Below, piece by piece: positions 9,421-19,204 of a stretch of 64,000 bases of DNA (the stretch's first letter is position 1; every line of letters begins with the position of its first letter). Origin of the DNA: a virus (taxonomy: Duplodnaviria > Caudoviricetes); the IMG/VR virus record IMGVR_UViG_3300011226_000001, positions 1 to 64,000 of that record; one strand, given 5' to 3'. The translations under genes and the position numbers were made by a program. The notes beneath the pieces are model-generated. The model made no database searches. It was not told the DNA's origin and worked only from the letters and a program-made list of their open reading frames with translations.

Positions 9421-10422
9421 TTATAGATTGATAAACCTCGGTGCTGAAAAGACGACACTATCAGAGTTTACAGTAAGCTGTGCAGGCAGTCCTGGCGTCA
9501 TTGTTACAGGCTCCACATCTGCACCTTCTACAATATCAAACTTGATGAAGACACGTCTATCACCAAAGTATGTTACCATTGCAGACCAAGCTGGAGTTAC
9601 TGTTTCGTCTGCAACACCAGAGGCAGGGATTGAGAGAGGAAAATCTTGGTATGGAGATTTCGTTACACCAAGGACGTCAGTGGTTGTCATCTGCTGCGTA
9701 GAGTTACCAAACCCAATACCTGTAGAATATGTTCCCCATGTTGCCAACGAGAAAGCTGGTCTGAGGAAAGCAACGAATGGCCCCGAGTTCATCGCAGTAG
9801 CTTGAACAATGCCACTTGATTTGTCTGGTGCGCGTATCGTACTGTTTATGTTAGTGTCTGACGATACAACTACTGAGTGCATCACGCAATAGCTATAGCG
9901 CTGTGTGTATGTCCACGTTTGATATTTGCCACCTGGGTTATCTGTGTGACCGTAGTAATACTGGTTAGCATAGCCGCCAGAAAGATGTGCGTACAGGTAG
10001 CCCGCACGATCTGAATAGACCATCAGAGTATTGCCCGGAATACCGTAACCTCCATCGCCGTACTTAGGCATAGTCGCAGTATTTGCACTGACAGTAGAGG
10101 ACTGTGTCCAGTCTACCTCAAGCCCTAAATTCAATAACGATGGTGTAATACTAGCAGTTGTCAATACACCAGGCAGCACAGGATTGACCTGACCAGCTAC
10201 AGCAACGTAGTGTCTATTCCCTTTGTTGCCCTGCACCTGTCCAGTAGTAAGTTTACTGTTCGCATACATGCCACATACAGCACGACACTTCATGGCAACG
10301 TTCTTCCAGTCCGAACGAGCTTGCTCTGGACTAACATTCTGATCAAATATTAACGAACGACTCAGCGCTTTATCTATCGCTTGTTGAACTGACAGCGTGG
10401 ACTTCCCCAAAGTAAAGATCAT
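9421..10422 (-). CDS. putative virion structural protein
   Basis: Thr/Ser/Gly/Tyr-rich 333 aa, AGGAG RBS, separated from upstream genes by a terminator. Confidence 0.45.
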   Translation of the reverse strand: MIFTLGKSTLSVQQAIDKALSRSLIFDQNVSPEQARSDWKNVAMKCRAVCGMYANSKLTTGQVQGNKGNRHYVAVAGQVNPVLPGVLTTASITPSLLNLGLEVDWTQSSTVSANTATMPKYGDGGYGIPGNTLMVYSDRAGYLYAHLSGGYANQYYYGHTDNPGGKYQTWTYTQRYSYCVMHSVVVSSDTNINSTIRAPDKSSGIVQATAMNSGPFVAFLRPAFSLATWGTYSTGIGFGNSTQQMTTTDVLGVTKSPYQDFPLSIPASGVADETVTPAWSAMVTYFGDRRVFIKFDIVEGADVEPVTMTPGLPAQLTVNSDSVVFSAPRFINL

Positions 10423-10458
10423 TATATTTCTCCTATGTCATCCACTGCAAATTAAAAC

Positions 10459-10486
10459 AAAAAGGGCGACCCTGAGGCCACCCTTT
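10459..10486 (-). terminator. Rho-independent terminator
   Basis: AAAGGGTGGCC-TCAG-GGTCGCCCTTTTT on the - strand. Confidence 0.8.
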
Positions 10487-10698
10487 GATTTAATGACGCA
10501 TTTGCTTAACGATTTCATAATCGTCGGCAGTAGGCGAATAGCCATAGAGAAACACAACAGCAGCAACTGGTGCGAGTCCTGTAACGTACATGTTCACGTT
10601 CCGCACTTTTATATGCCGAACAAAGTACACGTCATTGCGATCTTCGTTTACCAGTTGTGCAGGCAGCATTTTGCCTTTATGAACAACCAGTATGGGCC

Positions 10699-11100
10699 TC
10701 ATCGCGGAGACAAGATCACATTACCGCCTACGACACAGTACGGTGTGTTGAAGAAACTGAGAGCGCCTTTGAAACGAACAGGCTCTGTAGCGCGACAGTC
10801 TTTCAGTTGCAGACCAACAGGACCGAAGAAGAATGGATCGTCTGATTGCGTTGTCGTGCCACACAACGTAGCGTAACCAACAATAGCACCGAGTACAAAC
10901 TCATGCTTCTCAGGCAGCTTGATGTGCAGCTTGTCGCAGATCTCTTTAGCGACCTTCATGTCATCGTCACTAGGACGCTTAGAGCTTGCGTGAATCAGGA
11001 AACGTCCGCGCTTCTTTGTGTCCCACGTACGGTTCTCAATCTTCTTGTAGCCTTTAGTGATCAGCCACGCCCATGGCTGGCGAATAGAGAGCGCTTTCAT
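10699..11100 (-). CDS. ASCH domain protein
   Basis: MKALSIRQPWAWLI..GYKKIENRTW..RGRFLIHAS signature. Confidence 0.85.
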   Translation of the reverse strand: MKALSIRQPWAWLITKGYKKIENRTWDTKKRGRFLIHASSKRPSDDDMKVAKEICDKLHIKLPEKHEFVLGAIVGYATLCGTTTQSDDPFFFGPVGLQLKDCRATEPVRFKGALSFFNTPYCVVGGNVILSPR

Positions 11101-11293
11101 TGTGTCAACTCCAGGTAGGTCTTGCAAATCACAACGATTATGAAAATAATCGCACAAGTCATAAATGCCCACCATATCACTAAAGAGCGCTCATGATTAG
11201 TGATTGTTCGAGCACACCAAACATCCACGCGCATCATGCACCAGGTTAAAGCAAAAGCGAAAGCGCTTCCTAGAAATATACCTTCACCCAACG

Positions 11294-11761
11294 TCATTCT
11301 GTCTTCTCCCCTTCCTTGAGCATACGATACGACTGAGGCAACTCTTCTGGTGTTTCGAAGATGCGGTCGACCATAGCGCATGAGTCCCATCCATCTGACA
11401 GTGCGTGGTACTTCAAACGCAGTTGATTATCAGACGACACGCCGGTAATGATGATAGGGTAGATGACCTTGTGCTGGTGGTCAACGAGGAAACGAACAGG
11501 CTCACGCTGTGAACTAAGGCGACGAGCTTTCTTTATGAGGCGACGACGCTCTGCTTTACCCAAACGTTCGTTTTCAAGCATACGCTCAAACGGAGGACGT
11601 AGGTGAGGATTGAAATGTCGCGCGTGTTTTTCGAGTTCTTTCACGGATTTCCCAAAGAAGTTAGCCCCGCAGTCGCGTTCACCGCAGTCTGCGTATTGTA
11701 CAAGAGTGCGGTACACATCAGCGTCTAGTACCACAATCTTTTCGTCAGCGTTACGTTCCAT
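11294..11761 (-). CDS. hypothetical protein
   Basis: 155 aa ORF downstream of an AATCTGTAAACT motif. Confidence 0.6.
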   Translation of the reverse strand: MERNADEKIVVLDADVYRTLVQYADCGERDCGANFFGKSVKELEKHARHFNPHLRPPFERMLENERLGKAERRRLIKKARRLSSQREPVRFLVDHQHKVIYPIIITGVSSDNQLRLKYHALSDGWDSCAMVDRIFETPEELPQSYRMLKEGEKTE

Positions 11762-11792
11762 AGTTTATTCTCGGTATATGTTGATCGTGTTC

Positions 11793-12134
11793 TTAGTTTA
11801 CAGATTCGTTCTTTGGTGCACTGAACGTCTTGCCGTCAAAGTCCACTTCACTGCGAAGATACTTGCGGCGCATAGCTTCACGCCAGTTGTCGATGCCTGT
11901 GTGACATTCATACGGCGTCATGATTTTACCGTTATGAATGTTCAATCGGTTTTCATATCCGAGAGCGCGTGTACGAACATACTCAACAGCTTCTGCTGTT
12001 TGCGGCAGGTCTGCACCGCACCAGTCATACACGTCAGTACAGGCGCGCATCATTGCTTCGTGCTGGCGCAGCTTGCGCTTGTTCTTGTCAGAGATAAGCA
12101 TCAAGCCTATCCAGTTCATCAAACGTTTAATCAC
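11793..12134 (-). CDS. hypothetical protein
   Basis: 113 aa ORF with GGAGG RBS. Confidence 0.6.
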   Translation of the reverse strand: MIKRLMNWIGLMLISDKNKRKLRQHEAMMRACTDVYDWCGADLPQTAEAVEYVRTRALGYENRLNIHNGKIMTPYECHTGIDNWREAMRRKYLRSEVDFDGKTFSAPKNESVN

Positions 12135-12606
12135 AACCGCCTCCTCCGCTGTAACCAGAATCAGAACCGCCCTCGTATGAGGGGCTTGGGTCAGGGTAGC
12201 TATGTCGATAGCTCGGCGTATGATCTACGCGGCAGCTATCATCGTGCGAACGACTCGTTGTATGTGCAACGTAGGTCTGCTGCATCATCACAGCCAGCAT
12301 TAAATCGTCTGTCTGAGCGCGACTAGAAGAAGCATGATTCACTGTCATACCGCGACGAGGTTGACCGTTGAAGTTCTTGCGTTCAGGCATAGGCGTCGGC
12401 TTAGTCTGATAGCGTTTCTTCGGCGTCTCTACGGTAACCGTGACGCGCTCTTTCTTACGCACAGGCTGATGACCAGTGTGCAATACGCGGCGAAGATGTT
12501 CGTCATCTCGACGAATCTGGTCACTTAGGTCATCCAGCTTTTCTTCAAAGGTCTTTTGAACAGGCTTCTTCTTGCGGCAGAACAAGGCTAATAGACGTTT
12601 TAGCAT
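12127..12606 (-). CDS. hypothetical protein with Ser/Gly-rich tail
   Basis: GAGG RBS; ends DSGYSGGGGCD. Confidence 0.6.
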   Translation of the reverse strand: MLKRLLALFCRKKKPVQKTFEEKLDDLSDQIRRDDEHLRRVLHTGHQPVRKKERVTVTVETPKKRYQTKPTPMPERKNFNGQPRRGMTVNHASSSRAQTDDLMLAVMMQQTYVAHTTSRSHDDSCRVDHTPSYRHSYPDPSPSYEGGSDSGYSGGGGCD

Positions 12607-12886
12607 TGTCGTTCCCTCTAAGTATTTGATTGGCCAAACGCGAGTCACTGATCACAATGTCAACTGCCAGAACATTGTTCGCCATCATCTCCTGCGTGTT
12701 GTTGGTGCTGTCACAGGTAATGCTGAAACCGTCAGTACGCATACTGCGTGTGATAGCTCGGATAACGCCACCAGCAATGTCACGAGTACGGCTAAGTACC
12801 ATTTCATCACTCATAACGATATCCTTCGTTTCTTCATCAAGGCGACCTTTGATGAAGTCTCGAATGTCATGCAGATCTTCTTTCAT
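12545..12886 (-). CDS. small protein resembling a tail-sheath C-terminal domain
   Basis: ITCDSTNNTQEMMANNVLAVDIVI resembles the sheath motif VCDxxNNT..I..N.....I; GGAGG RBS. Confidence 0.4.
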   Translation of the reverse strand: MKEDLHDIRDFIKGRLDEETKDIVMSDEMVLSRTRDIAGGVIRAITRSMRTDGFSITCDSTNNTQEMMANNVLAVDIVISDSRLANQILRGNDNAKTSISLVLPQEEACSKDL

Positions 12887-12922
12887 GTTTCCTCCTGACT
12901 GGTATTTACAGATTTTAGATAC

Positions 12923-12949
12923 AAAAATGGGCAGCCGAAGCCACCCATT
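12923..12949 (-). terminator. Rho-independent terminator
   Basis: AATGGGTGGC-TTCG-GCTGCCCATTTTT. Confidence 0.85.
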
Positions 12950-12955
12950 GGTCAA

Positions 12956-13702
12956 TTAGTTGGATCGTGGTACGTTACCTTGATTCTCTACTGCACAGCT
13001 AACGCGCCCAGATACTACACTTGGCATAGTGTTACCACCAATCAAACCATCCAGCGCTTCCCATGTATTAGGCTCAGGCTTTGTCTCAACATGAGACTGC
13101 TCAGGCCAGCCACCTACCGGGTGCATAAAGATGCTGTCGATATGATGCAGACTATCACACACGTTGCGTTCATATACGTTATCCCACGCAGGTGTGTTGC
13201 GATACTTCTCTTGGTCGATTGACACGTCGTAGAAGACTTTACCTTCACGGAAGGTAACTCCCCATACGAGAACAGGCAGCTCCTCAAACATATGATGCAA
13301 ACGAACGTATTGTCCAATCTGCAACTCAGTCTGATTGACGCTAGGGAATGGCGACTCAAGAGGATTCACGATTTGTCCGAACTGGAATGAGCGAGAATCA
13401 GGCCCGCCGACGATAGCCCCGCATGACAGATGCCCAAACTTGAAGCCATAGATATAGCCAGCTTCGTGTACGTACAGACTTGGCATCATGACGTTTGCAT
13501 CACATGGTGACTCAACGATAACAGGTGCTACAGTGTACGTGATACCGTTAACTCCAAACTCAATGGCACTGATGCGCACCATAGGACCAACACTTGTAAC
13601 GTTGTCGAGTTTCATCATTGCATGAGTACCAATACCAAACGCAGTTGATGTGTACTGATGGCGCTCAACTTCTGCTACTACTCCATTGCGTTGTACTTTC
13701 AT
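12956..13702 (-). CDS. hypothetical protein
   Basis: 248 aa ORF with GAGG RBS. Confidence 0.65.
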   Translation of the reverse strand: MKVQRNGVVAEVERHQYTSTAFGIGTHAMMKLDNVTSVGPMVRISAIEFGVNGITYTVAPVIVESPCDANVMMPSLYVHEAGYIYGFKFGHLSCGAIVGGPDSRSFQFGQIVNPLESPFPSVNQTELQIGQYVRLHHMFEELPVLVWGVTFREGKVFYDVSIDQEKYRNTPAWDNVYERNVCDSLHHIDSIFMHPVGGWPEQSHVETKPEPNTWEALDGLIGGNTMPSVVSGRVSCAVENQGNVPRSN

Positions 13703-13759
13703 AACATACCTCTAAGGTAGTGGGTGCAGTCACGTCTGTGCCGCACACCAAGATGCCGA

Positions 13760-14170
13760 TTACTCGGCGGGAGTTTCAACCGGCCAATCAACTGTTGGCT
13801 GATTGAGATAAAACTTTGTATCGACGATGCTAACGTGGTAGTCGGCATACGGAAGGCCGCAAGAAGAATCACGCAGCAACAAGAATGCAGAAGCCAGACG
13901 TGAAAGGTCTTTCTGATCACGCTCAGGGTGCATAGCCATCGAGTGTGCAGAGCCACCGCCAATAAGATCGATATGGACACGGCACACGGTGACGATGCTG
14001 CTGTCTCTTTTGTTGATGCCCTCACCACGATGTATGCTGACTTCACGAATCTCGTCCAGATGAAACTGGAACGATGAAAGATACTCACCGCGAACGATAC
14101 GAATAAATCCACGCTGGTGGTCGAAGCCAAACTCTTTCAGAACGTTGAGAGCGTCTTGGCGCTTACTCAT
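13760..14170 (-). CDS. hypothetical protein
   Basis: 136 aa ORF with GGAG RBS. Confidence 0.6.
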   Translation of the reverse strand: MSKRQDALNVLKEFGFDHQRGFIRIVRGEYLSSFQFHLDEIREVSIHRGEGINKRDSSIVTVCRVHIDLIGGGSAHSMAMHPERDQKDLSRLASAFLLLRDSSCGLPYADYHVSIVDTKFYLNQPTVDWPVETPAE

Positions 14171-14337
14171 TAGCTATTCTCCCTGACGAAGCGCTGCCAT
14201 TTCATTTCAAAGTGTGTGAGTATCGCAGCACTGACGATGCCAATCTTTTCACACCACTCATAAGTAACGTCCACTGTGGATAACGTATACGCCACCAGAA
14301 TCCATGTAGCGAAGAAGATTATCGGGTAGCGTATCAT
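14170..14337 (-). CDS. small membrane protein (55 aa, not in ORF track)
   Basis: MIRYPIIFFATWILVAYTL...; fills the gap exactly with TAATG coupling. Confidence 0.55.
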   Translation of the reverse strand: MIRYPIIFFATWILVAYTLSTVDVTYEWCEKIGIVSAAILTHFEMKWQRFVRENS

Positions 14338-14338
14338 G

Positions 14339-14902
14339 TTACTTACCAACCATTACCATGAGCTTGCTGCTATCGTCATACAACGAGAACATGTTGTTGC
14401 CTAACAGCTTATCGTCTACGTCAAAGTTTTCATCACAAACGACAGGCACGACATTGCGGCCGACATAATCAACGTCAGAGTCCGCGCCCACCAGCAACGT
14501 TTTACCGACCAGTTCTTCTTTGTCTGTCTCCAGAATCTGACAGGCGACTGCGGTAGGTTGCAGCAGATAGAACATGAAACCAACGTCGGCGTCTTTGAAG
14601 CAGTTGACCAGACGACAATTGGTAATGTTGTGTTTTACTGCGAGCTGGACAATACGCGAGAACACGCTGCCTGTACCTTCAAGCACTTTAGCCTGCTTGC
14701 GGTAGTTGAGCGTAGGCAGAACATCACGATCCTGTTCGTCTTCGAGTAGAATGCGTCCATTGTACTCATAGAACACACGCTGCATGAAGTTGAACAGCTC
14801 TGTAGAGTTTGCGCCACCCAGTTTGATCTTGTACTTAGAACAAACCAACTGGCCATCTTGCACATGCGCAATCATCATAGAACGAACTAAACAGTATGCC
14901 AT
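14339..14902 (-). CDS. hypothetical protein
   Basis: 187 aa ORF. Confidence 0.6.
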   Translation of the reverse strand: MAYCLVRSMMIAHVQDGQLVCSKYKIKLGGANSTELFNFMQRVFYEYNGRILLEDEQDRDVLPTLNYRKQAKVLEGTGSVFSRIVQLAVKHNITNCRLVNCFKDADVGFMFYLLQPTAVACQILETDKEELVGKTLLVGADSDVDYVGRNVVPVVCDENFDVDDKLLGNNMFSLYDDSSKLMVMVGK

Positions 14903-15048
14903 TTTAAATCTCCCGGACTTCCTTGTCCTCTTTGGTCACGGTCGAAATATCGTGAAGTCCTTCAGGAAGAAAAACCACAGACAGAATATCGTGAGAACGA
15001 TTCCAATCACGACACCTATCCCTAAGCCTACGTAGAACATAGACGCCC

Positions 15049-17178
15049 TTATTTAAATATATCGCCTGGCTTTTTCTTTTTCTTCTTCGCGTAAGGCAAA
15101 AGAATATGTTCGATGAAAGCCTTCGATGCTGCGTGTGTCATTGCTGGCACACAGACACGACCAAGACGTTCCCACTGCTCCTCGAACTTACCGACCAGCT
15201 TGTAGTCAGACGGCATCCCAGAAACAACCAGCAGTTCGTCGATGGTCAATTTACGGCGATGACCTTTGTTGTCTTCGATAAACCCAGCAGACGAGAAACG
15301 CGCTGTTTCATACGCGATTGCATCAGACGCTGTAATCGTTGGCATCGGTCCGTTGATAGCAGGCAGATACTTGATCAGGTCTTTCTGCGTCGTCTTGTAT
15401 CGTAAGATGTGAGGCAACGCATCGCCCAGAAAGGCTTGCGTATCGCACGGGATAACATCAGGCACAGCGTCACGCGCATTCTTATAGCCAAGCGCATGTG
15501 CTACGTCTTTACGTACACCCATGAAGATGATACGTTCACGAGACTGAGGCACACCTAACCAACAAGCATTCAGCATCGGCGCTCGGACATAATACCCGAG
15601 TTTGTCGAACGTCTTCATGATCTCAAGGAAGTACCCTTTCGAGATTCCCTTCACAAGACCACTAACGTTCTCCGCCGTGAATACTTTCGGCATCATGCCT
15701 TGCAGCATACGACAATACTGATCGAACAGGTCATCTACCTGCTGATACTTATTGTCGCTGTACTTAACTTCTTTGCCCCAGCCTTCTTCTTTCACGCCAG
15801 CCGTCGAGAAGCCTTTGCAGTTGTGAACCACAGTACCATTAGCAACATACGTTTCATCGGTCTCAACCGAGAAGTTATACACGTCACACGTTGCCTGATA
15901 CGCAAGAGTCTCAACAACCACTGTCCAAAGATGCGGGTCTTCTTTGCTGAACTCGTGGAAGAAGTTGTGCTCTTCCTGCAAGAACAAGTACCCGATGTGC
16001 TCACGCGCACTTTGGCGATCACGCGGAGTTAACGAGCTGCCGAAGTAAACATCGCCCCAAATCAGACCGTCGAACAGTGGTCTGTTGAATGCGCTACAGC
16101 ACAGATAGTTAAGCTCAAGCAGGAAGCGTTTGCTGTTCGAAGCGATAGCGATACCAGTACCCATCGCAGTCACATAGTCCATGCCCGCACAACCGAGAAT
16201 GAATTGCTGTTTCAGCTCGACGCTCATGTGGAACATCATTGCAGGCAGACGTCGGGAGAACGTGTTGTTACCCTGACTGATAAAGCGGCGCAAGAACTGC
16301 ACCAGCTCCGCATCAATAACAGTACGGAACGTTTTGCGTTGCGCTGTTTTCACATCAATGCGATTCAGGCTACTGATTTTAAGCGCGTCAAACGCCTGCT
16401 CAATCATCGCGTTTTCAATGCTACTATGCGACTCAAAGCTAACGACTTCAATGCCACTAACTGTTTCGATTGAACCACGATCGCACCAGTGTCCTACCAT
16501 CCACCAGAACTCAGGAATACACACCCACTGTTGAATCATCTTCGGCAGTTGTGCAATCTGATTGTGATACACATCAGCAGGTAGATCAGGCGTAGTACGC
16601 GGCGTGCCGAGCAAGTCACCTTCTTGCACGTCTTTCGCATCACACCAGAACGGCTCAGAGTAACCACCAGACTCCAGCGGGCGACGAACGAAGAACGGAT
16701 GTTCAGGCGTAGCGTTGTTGCTGCTGATCATCGTTTCGATTTTGTGCATCGTACCGACATACGGTCTGACCATAGTGTCGTATACAGGGTAATACTGCCC
16801 GACACTGGTCATTGCTCTGTCGCCGACGTTCATGTCCGAGATGAACTTCATGCCGTCTGCTGTATGAATGATAGTGTCTTCGGTAAAGCATGGAGGACTA
16901 CCGTCAAGTAAATCAAGTTCGCCTTTATCCAGACCGCAATAGCGTAACAGCTTGCCCGGATCTAAACGGCGAATGTCATGAGGCAGCACTTTCGTTGTCG
17001 GGTGGTTAGCTTCGTATGACTCTCTTGCGGGGTCAACAAACTCGTTACTCAGCAAGATGTTGATACCGGCCATCTTGTGGCCGGTAGAAGAACCACCGCA
17101 ACCTGCGAAGAAACTCATACCACGCCAGGGTTTATCCAGCTTGTTGATTTCCTTCATCGTAGGCGGCTTGATGATCAT
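15049..17178 (-). CDS. C5-cytosine DNA methyltransferase-family enzyme with intein; predicted carboxymethyltransferase
   Basis: Motif I FFAGCGG, motif IV GSPP|C, motif VI ENV, motif VIII QSRER; motif X reads LGRVCVP instead of GNS/AV. Confidence 0.9.
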   Translation of the reverse strand: MIIKPPTMKEINKLDKPWRGMSFFAGCGGSSTGHKMAGINILLSNEFVDPARESYEANHPTTKVLPHDIRRLDPGKLLRYCGLDKGELDLLDGSPPCFTEDTIIHTADGMKFISDMNVGDRAMTSVGQYYPVYDTMVRPYVGTMHKIETMISSNNATPEHPFFVRRPLESGGYSEPFWCDAKDVQEGDLLGTPRTTPDLPADVYHNQIAQLPKMIQQWVCIPEFWWMVGHWCDRGSIETVSGIEVVSFESHSSIENAMIEQAFDALKISSLNRIDVKTAQRKTFRTVIDAELVQFLRRFISQGNNTFSRRLPAMMFHMSVELKQQFILGCAGMDYVTAMGTGIAIASNSKRFLLELNYLCCSAFNRPLFDGLIWGDVYFGSSLTPRDRQSAREHIGYLFLQEEHNFFHEFSKEDPHLWTVVVETLAYQATCDVYNFSVETDETYVANGTVVHNCKGFSTAGVKEEGWGKEVKYSDNKYQQVDDLFDQYCRMLQGMMPKVFTAENVSGLVKGISKGYFLEIMKTFDKLGYYVRAPMLNACWLGVPQSRERIIFMGVRKDVAHALGYKNARDAVPDVIPCDTQAFLGDALPHILRYKTTQKDLIKYLPAINGPMPTITASDAIAYETARFSSAGFIEDNKGHRRKLTIDELLVVSGMPSDYKLVGKFEEQWERLGRVCVPAMTHAASKAFIEHILLPYAKKKKKKPGDIFK
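15820..16890 (-). mobile_element. cis intein (357 aa) with degenerate LAGLIDADG domain, inserted before the catalytic Cys
   Basis: Starts CFTEDT, block B ATPEHPF, ends VYNFSVETDETYVANGTVVHN, +1 Cys; splicing restores SPPCKGFS. Confidence 0.92.
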
Positions 17179-17179
17179 A

Positions 17180-17884
17180 TTATCCCTCGAACTTAAATCC
17201 ACAGCGCGGGCAGGTGCAGTTCAGAGTATCGCCAACATCATCAGCGCTGTACTCATTGAACTTACCGGTACTACCGTTCATCTGGCCGGTAGTCTTGCCA
17301 GCACGTTTGTCGTCTACAACAACAGCCTGACTTTTCAGCTTTTGTTGCAGACCGCGAATCTCTAACGGGTCAAGCCCCAGCAACTGAGGTTTGATTGTAT
17401 TGAGATCGAGTTTTTCCACCAGCTTGGCGAGCTTCTTGTTATCGAACTCACCGCCGTGGGCGTTCGCTGCGATGTTCGCTGCGTACTCTGCTTTCTTATC
17501 GGTCCAGTTCACGATACGCAGAGGAATGCTGATCACTTTATCAGACTTCTTCGGATGCGTTGCGTGGATGTAGCCCAGAGCGATAGTACCGTGCTTATCA
17601 ACGGTCTTCTGGATCTCGATACGAGTCTTCCAACCGTCAATAGATTTCAGACGCTGGTGGCCTGAGATCAACACGCCAGATTTGACGTTGTTATTGAACA
17701 CGATACCAGACAAGTCACCGAAGCTACCCAGAGAGCCTTCGAGCGCTTTCAGGCGACTGTCTGTAATGAAGCGCGGGTTGTATTCAGCGCCTTTCAGTTG
17801 AGCGACTGAGTTGAGTTTCTTGAGATCAAACTTCAACCCGTCTTTCTTTTTTCCGTCCTTTGTTTTGATAGCAGTTTTTGCCAT
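17180..17884 (-). CDS. ParB/Srx-like domain protein with C-terminal Cys motif
   Basis: YNPR, LISGHQRL, CPRCG; such proteins often sit directly upstream of phage DNA-modification methylases. Confidence 0.7.
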   Translation of the reverse strand: MAKTAIKTKDGKKKDGLKFDLKKLNSVAQLKGAEYNPRFITDSRLKALEGSLGSFGDLSGIVFNNNVKSGVLISGHQRLKSIDGWKTRIEIQKTVDKHGTIALGYIHATHPKKSDKVISIPLRIVNWTDKKAEYAANIAANAHGGEFDNKKLAKLVEKLDLNTIKPQLLGLDPLEIRGLQQKLKSQAVVVDDKRAGKTTGQMNGSTGKFNEYSADDVGDTLNCTCPRCGFKFEG

Positions 17885-17927
17885 TATCGTATCTCTTATC
17901 GGTTGCTCTTTCTCTGTCTTTACAGAT

Positions 17928-18263
17928 TCAATAGTAATAGTGTCGGGGAGTCGTCTGCCATTCGATTTGAACTTTACCGAACTGCACAACACGACGGTCC
18001 AGCTTAATTACCATTTTCAGACCTGAGACCGAGCATTTCTTAATGTCGATACCTCCGCCCGAGTCTTTAGCTCGAAACGTAACAGTACCTCTGTCCATCT
18101 CATTCATCTGGGCGACAGTGAACTCGAACGTGCATTCATCGCTGCCGATGTTTACGTCGTTCTCTACCAAGTTCACTGTATTGCCTAAGAAGCCTGTGTG
18201 CGGAACTTTAGGCGCACCCAGATACTGGAAGGGATGAAAGTCTTTCTTCGGATCATATTTCAT
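17928..18263 (-). CDS. hypothetical protein
   Basis: 111 aa ORF with AGGAG RBS. Confidence 0.6.
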   Translation of the reverse strand: MKYDPKKDFHPFQYLGAPKVPHTGFLGNTVNLVENDVNIGSDECTFEFTVAQMNEMDRGTVTFRAKDSGGGIDIKKCSVSGLKMVIKLDRRVVQFGKVQIEWQTTPRHYYY

Positions 18264-18313
18264 GTCAGCTCTCCTGTTAGATAATCAAATTACTGACAGG
18301 AGGCCGACGCCGG

Positions 18314-19204
18314 TCAGATGAAACGAATCAGGTTCAGTGCGTGGTTGTAGCCGATACTGGGGCGAGCAGTACGCGTGAAGTCCAGATACTTCTGCGAGAA
18401 GTGCTGATCGATGTTGACGGTAAGATTTAGGTTAGCACCTTCGTCTTTGAAAGTAACGACAGGCATCTGACCGCGAATGGCGATGTGCATGAACTCTGCA
18501 TCATCTACAGGGCGGTGCATGTAGCCACCGTCGTGCGCAACAAACGTGTACTGATAGTTAGGTGCACCGCGATCAGTACCGAACGTGATGTACGCTGCAA
18601 GCAGATCGTTTTCCGCTGCAAGGCGCATCATGTCTTTGTTGTGCTCAAGCAGCCAATGCTGCACACCCTTTTCAGAGATGTGCGCATCGTGGAAGATAAC
18701 ATCACCTTCAGGGTTGCGGGTAACATTCAGATTGCCGTCCACCATCAGGTAGTGTTTGTACAGCATCCAGATATCGTACTTGTTACCTGTCTTAACCGCT
18801 TTCAGTGTGTCGTGCTTAAACGCGACTTCGAGCGTAGGCATCTTCGCTGTCTGAGCTTTCAACCACTCAACGAACTGATCAAACTCCTGCGTGATGTTCG
18901 GCAGAATCGCTTTCAGCTTGTGCGCATTAAGCAAGACTTCGATTGTCGGTGTGTAGCCATTGAACCAGTCCATGTATTCTTTGGTGAACATCGTACTGGT
19001 CAGATCGACACGCCAATCAGTAGGCTCAGGCAACGATAGGATAGCGTGACCAGTATCAATGTCGTGTGACACATCTACGTTAGTGAAAACACAATCGAAC
19101 AGGTCAATACGTTCGTGCGTACCGTCGGTCAGTTTACCATCGTCCTGCACACGCAGAATACGAAAGGGTGTGCCACCACAAGCAGCATAACCTAATAGCT
19201 TCAT
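18314..19204 (-). CDS. hypothetical protein
   Basis: 296 aa ORF with TAATG coupling. Confidence 0.65.
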   Translation of the reverse strand: MKLLGYAACGGTPFRILRVQDDGKLTDGTHERIDLFDCVFTNVDVSHDIDTGHAILSLPEPTDWRVDLTSTMFTKEYMDWFNGYTPTIEVLLNAHKLKAILPNITQEFDQFVEWLKAQTAKMPTLEVAFKHDTLKAVKTGNKYDIWMLYKHYLMVDGNLNVTRNPEGDVIFHDAHISEKGVQHWLLEHNKDMMRLAAENDLLAAYITFGTDRGAPNYQYTFVAHDGGYMHRPVDDAEFMHIAIRGQMPVVTFKDEGANLNLTVNIDQHFSQKYLDFTRTARPSIGYNHALNLIRFI

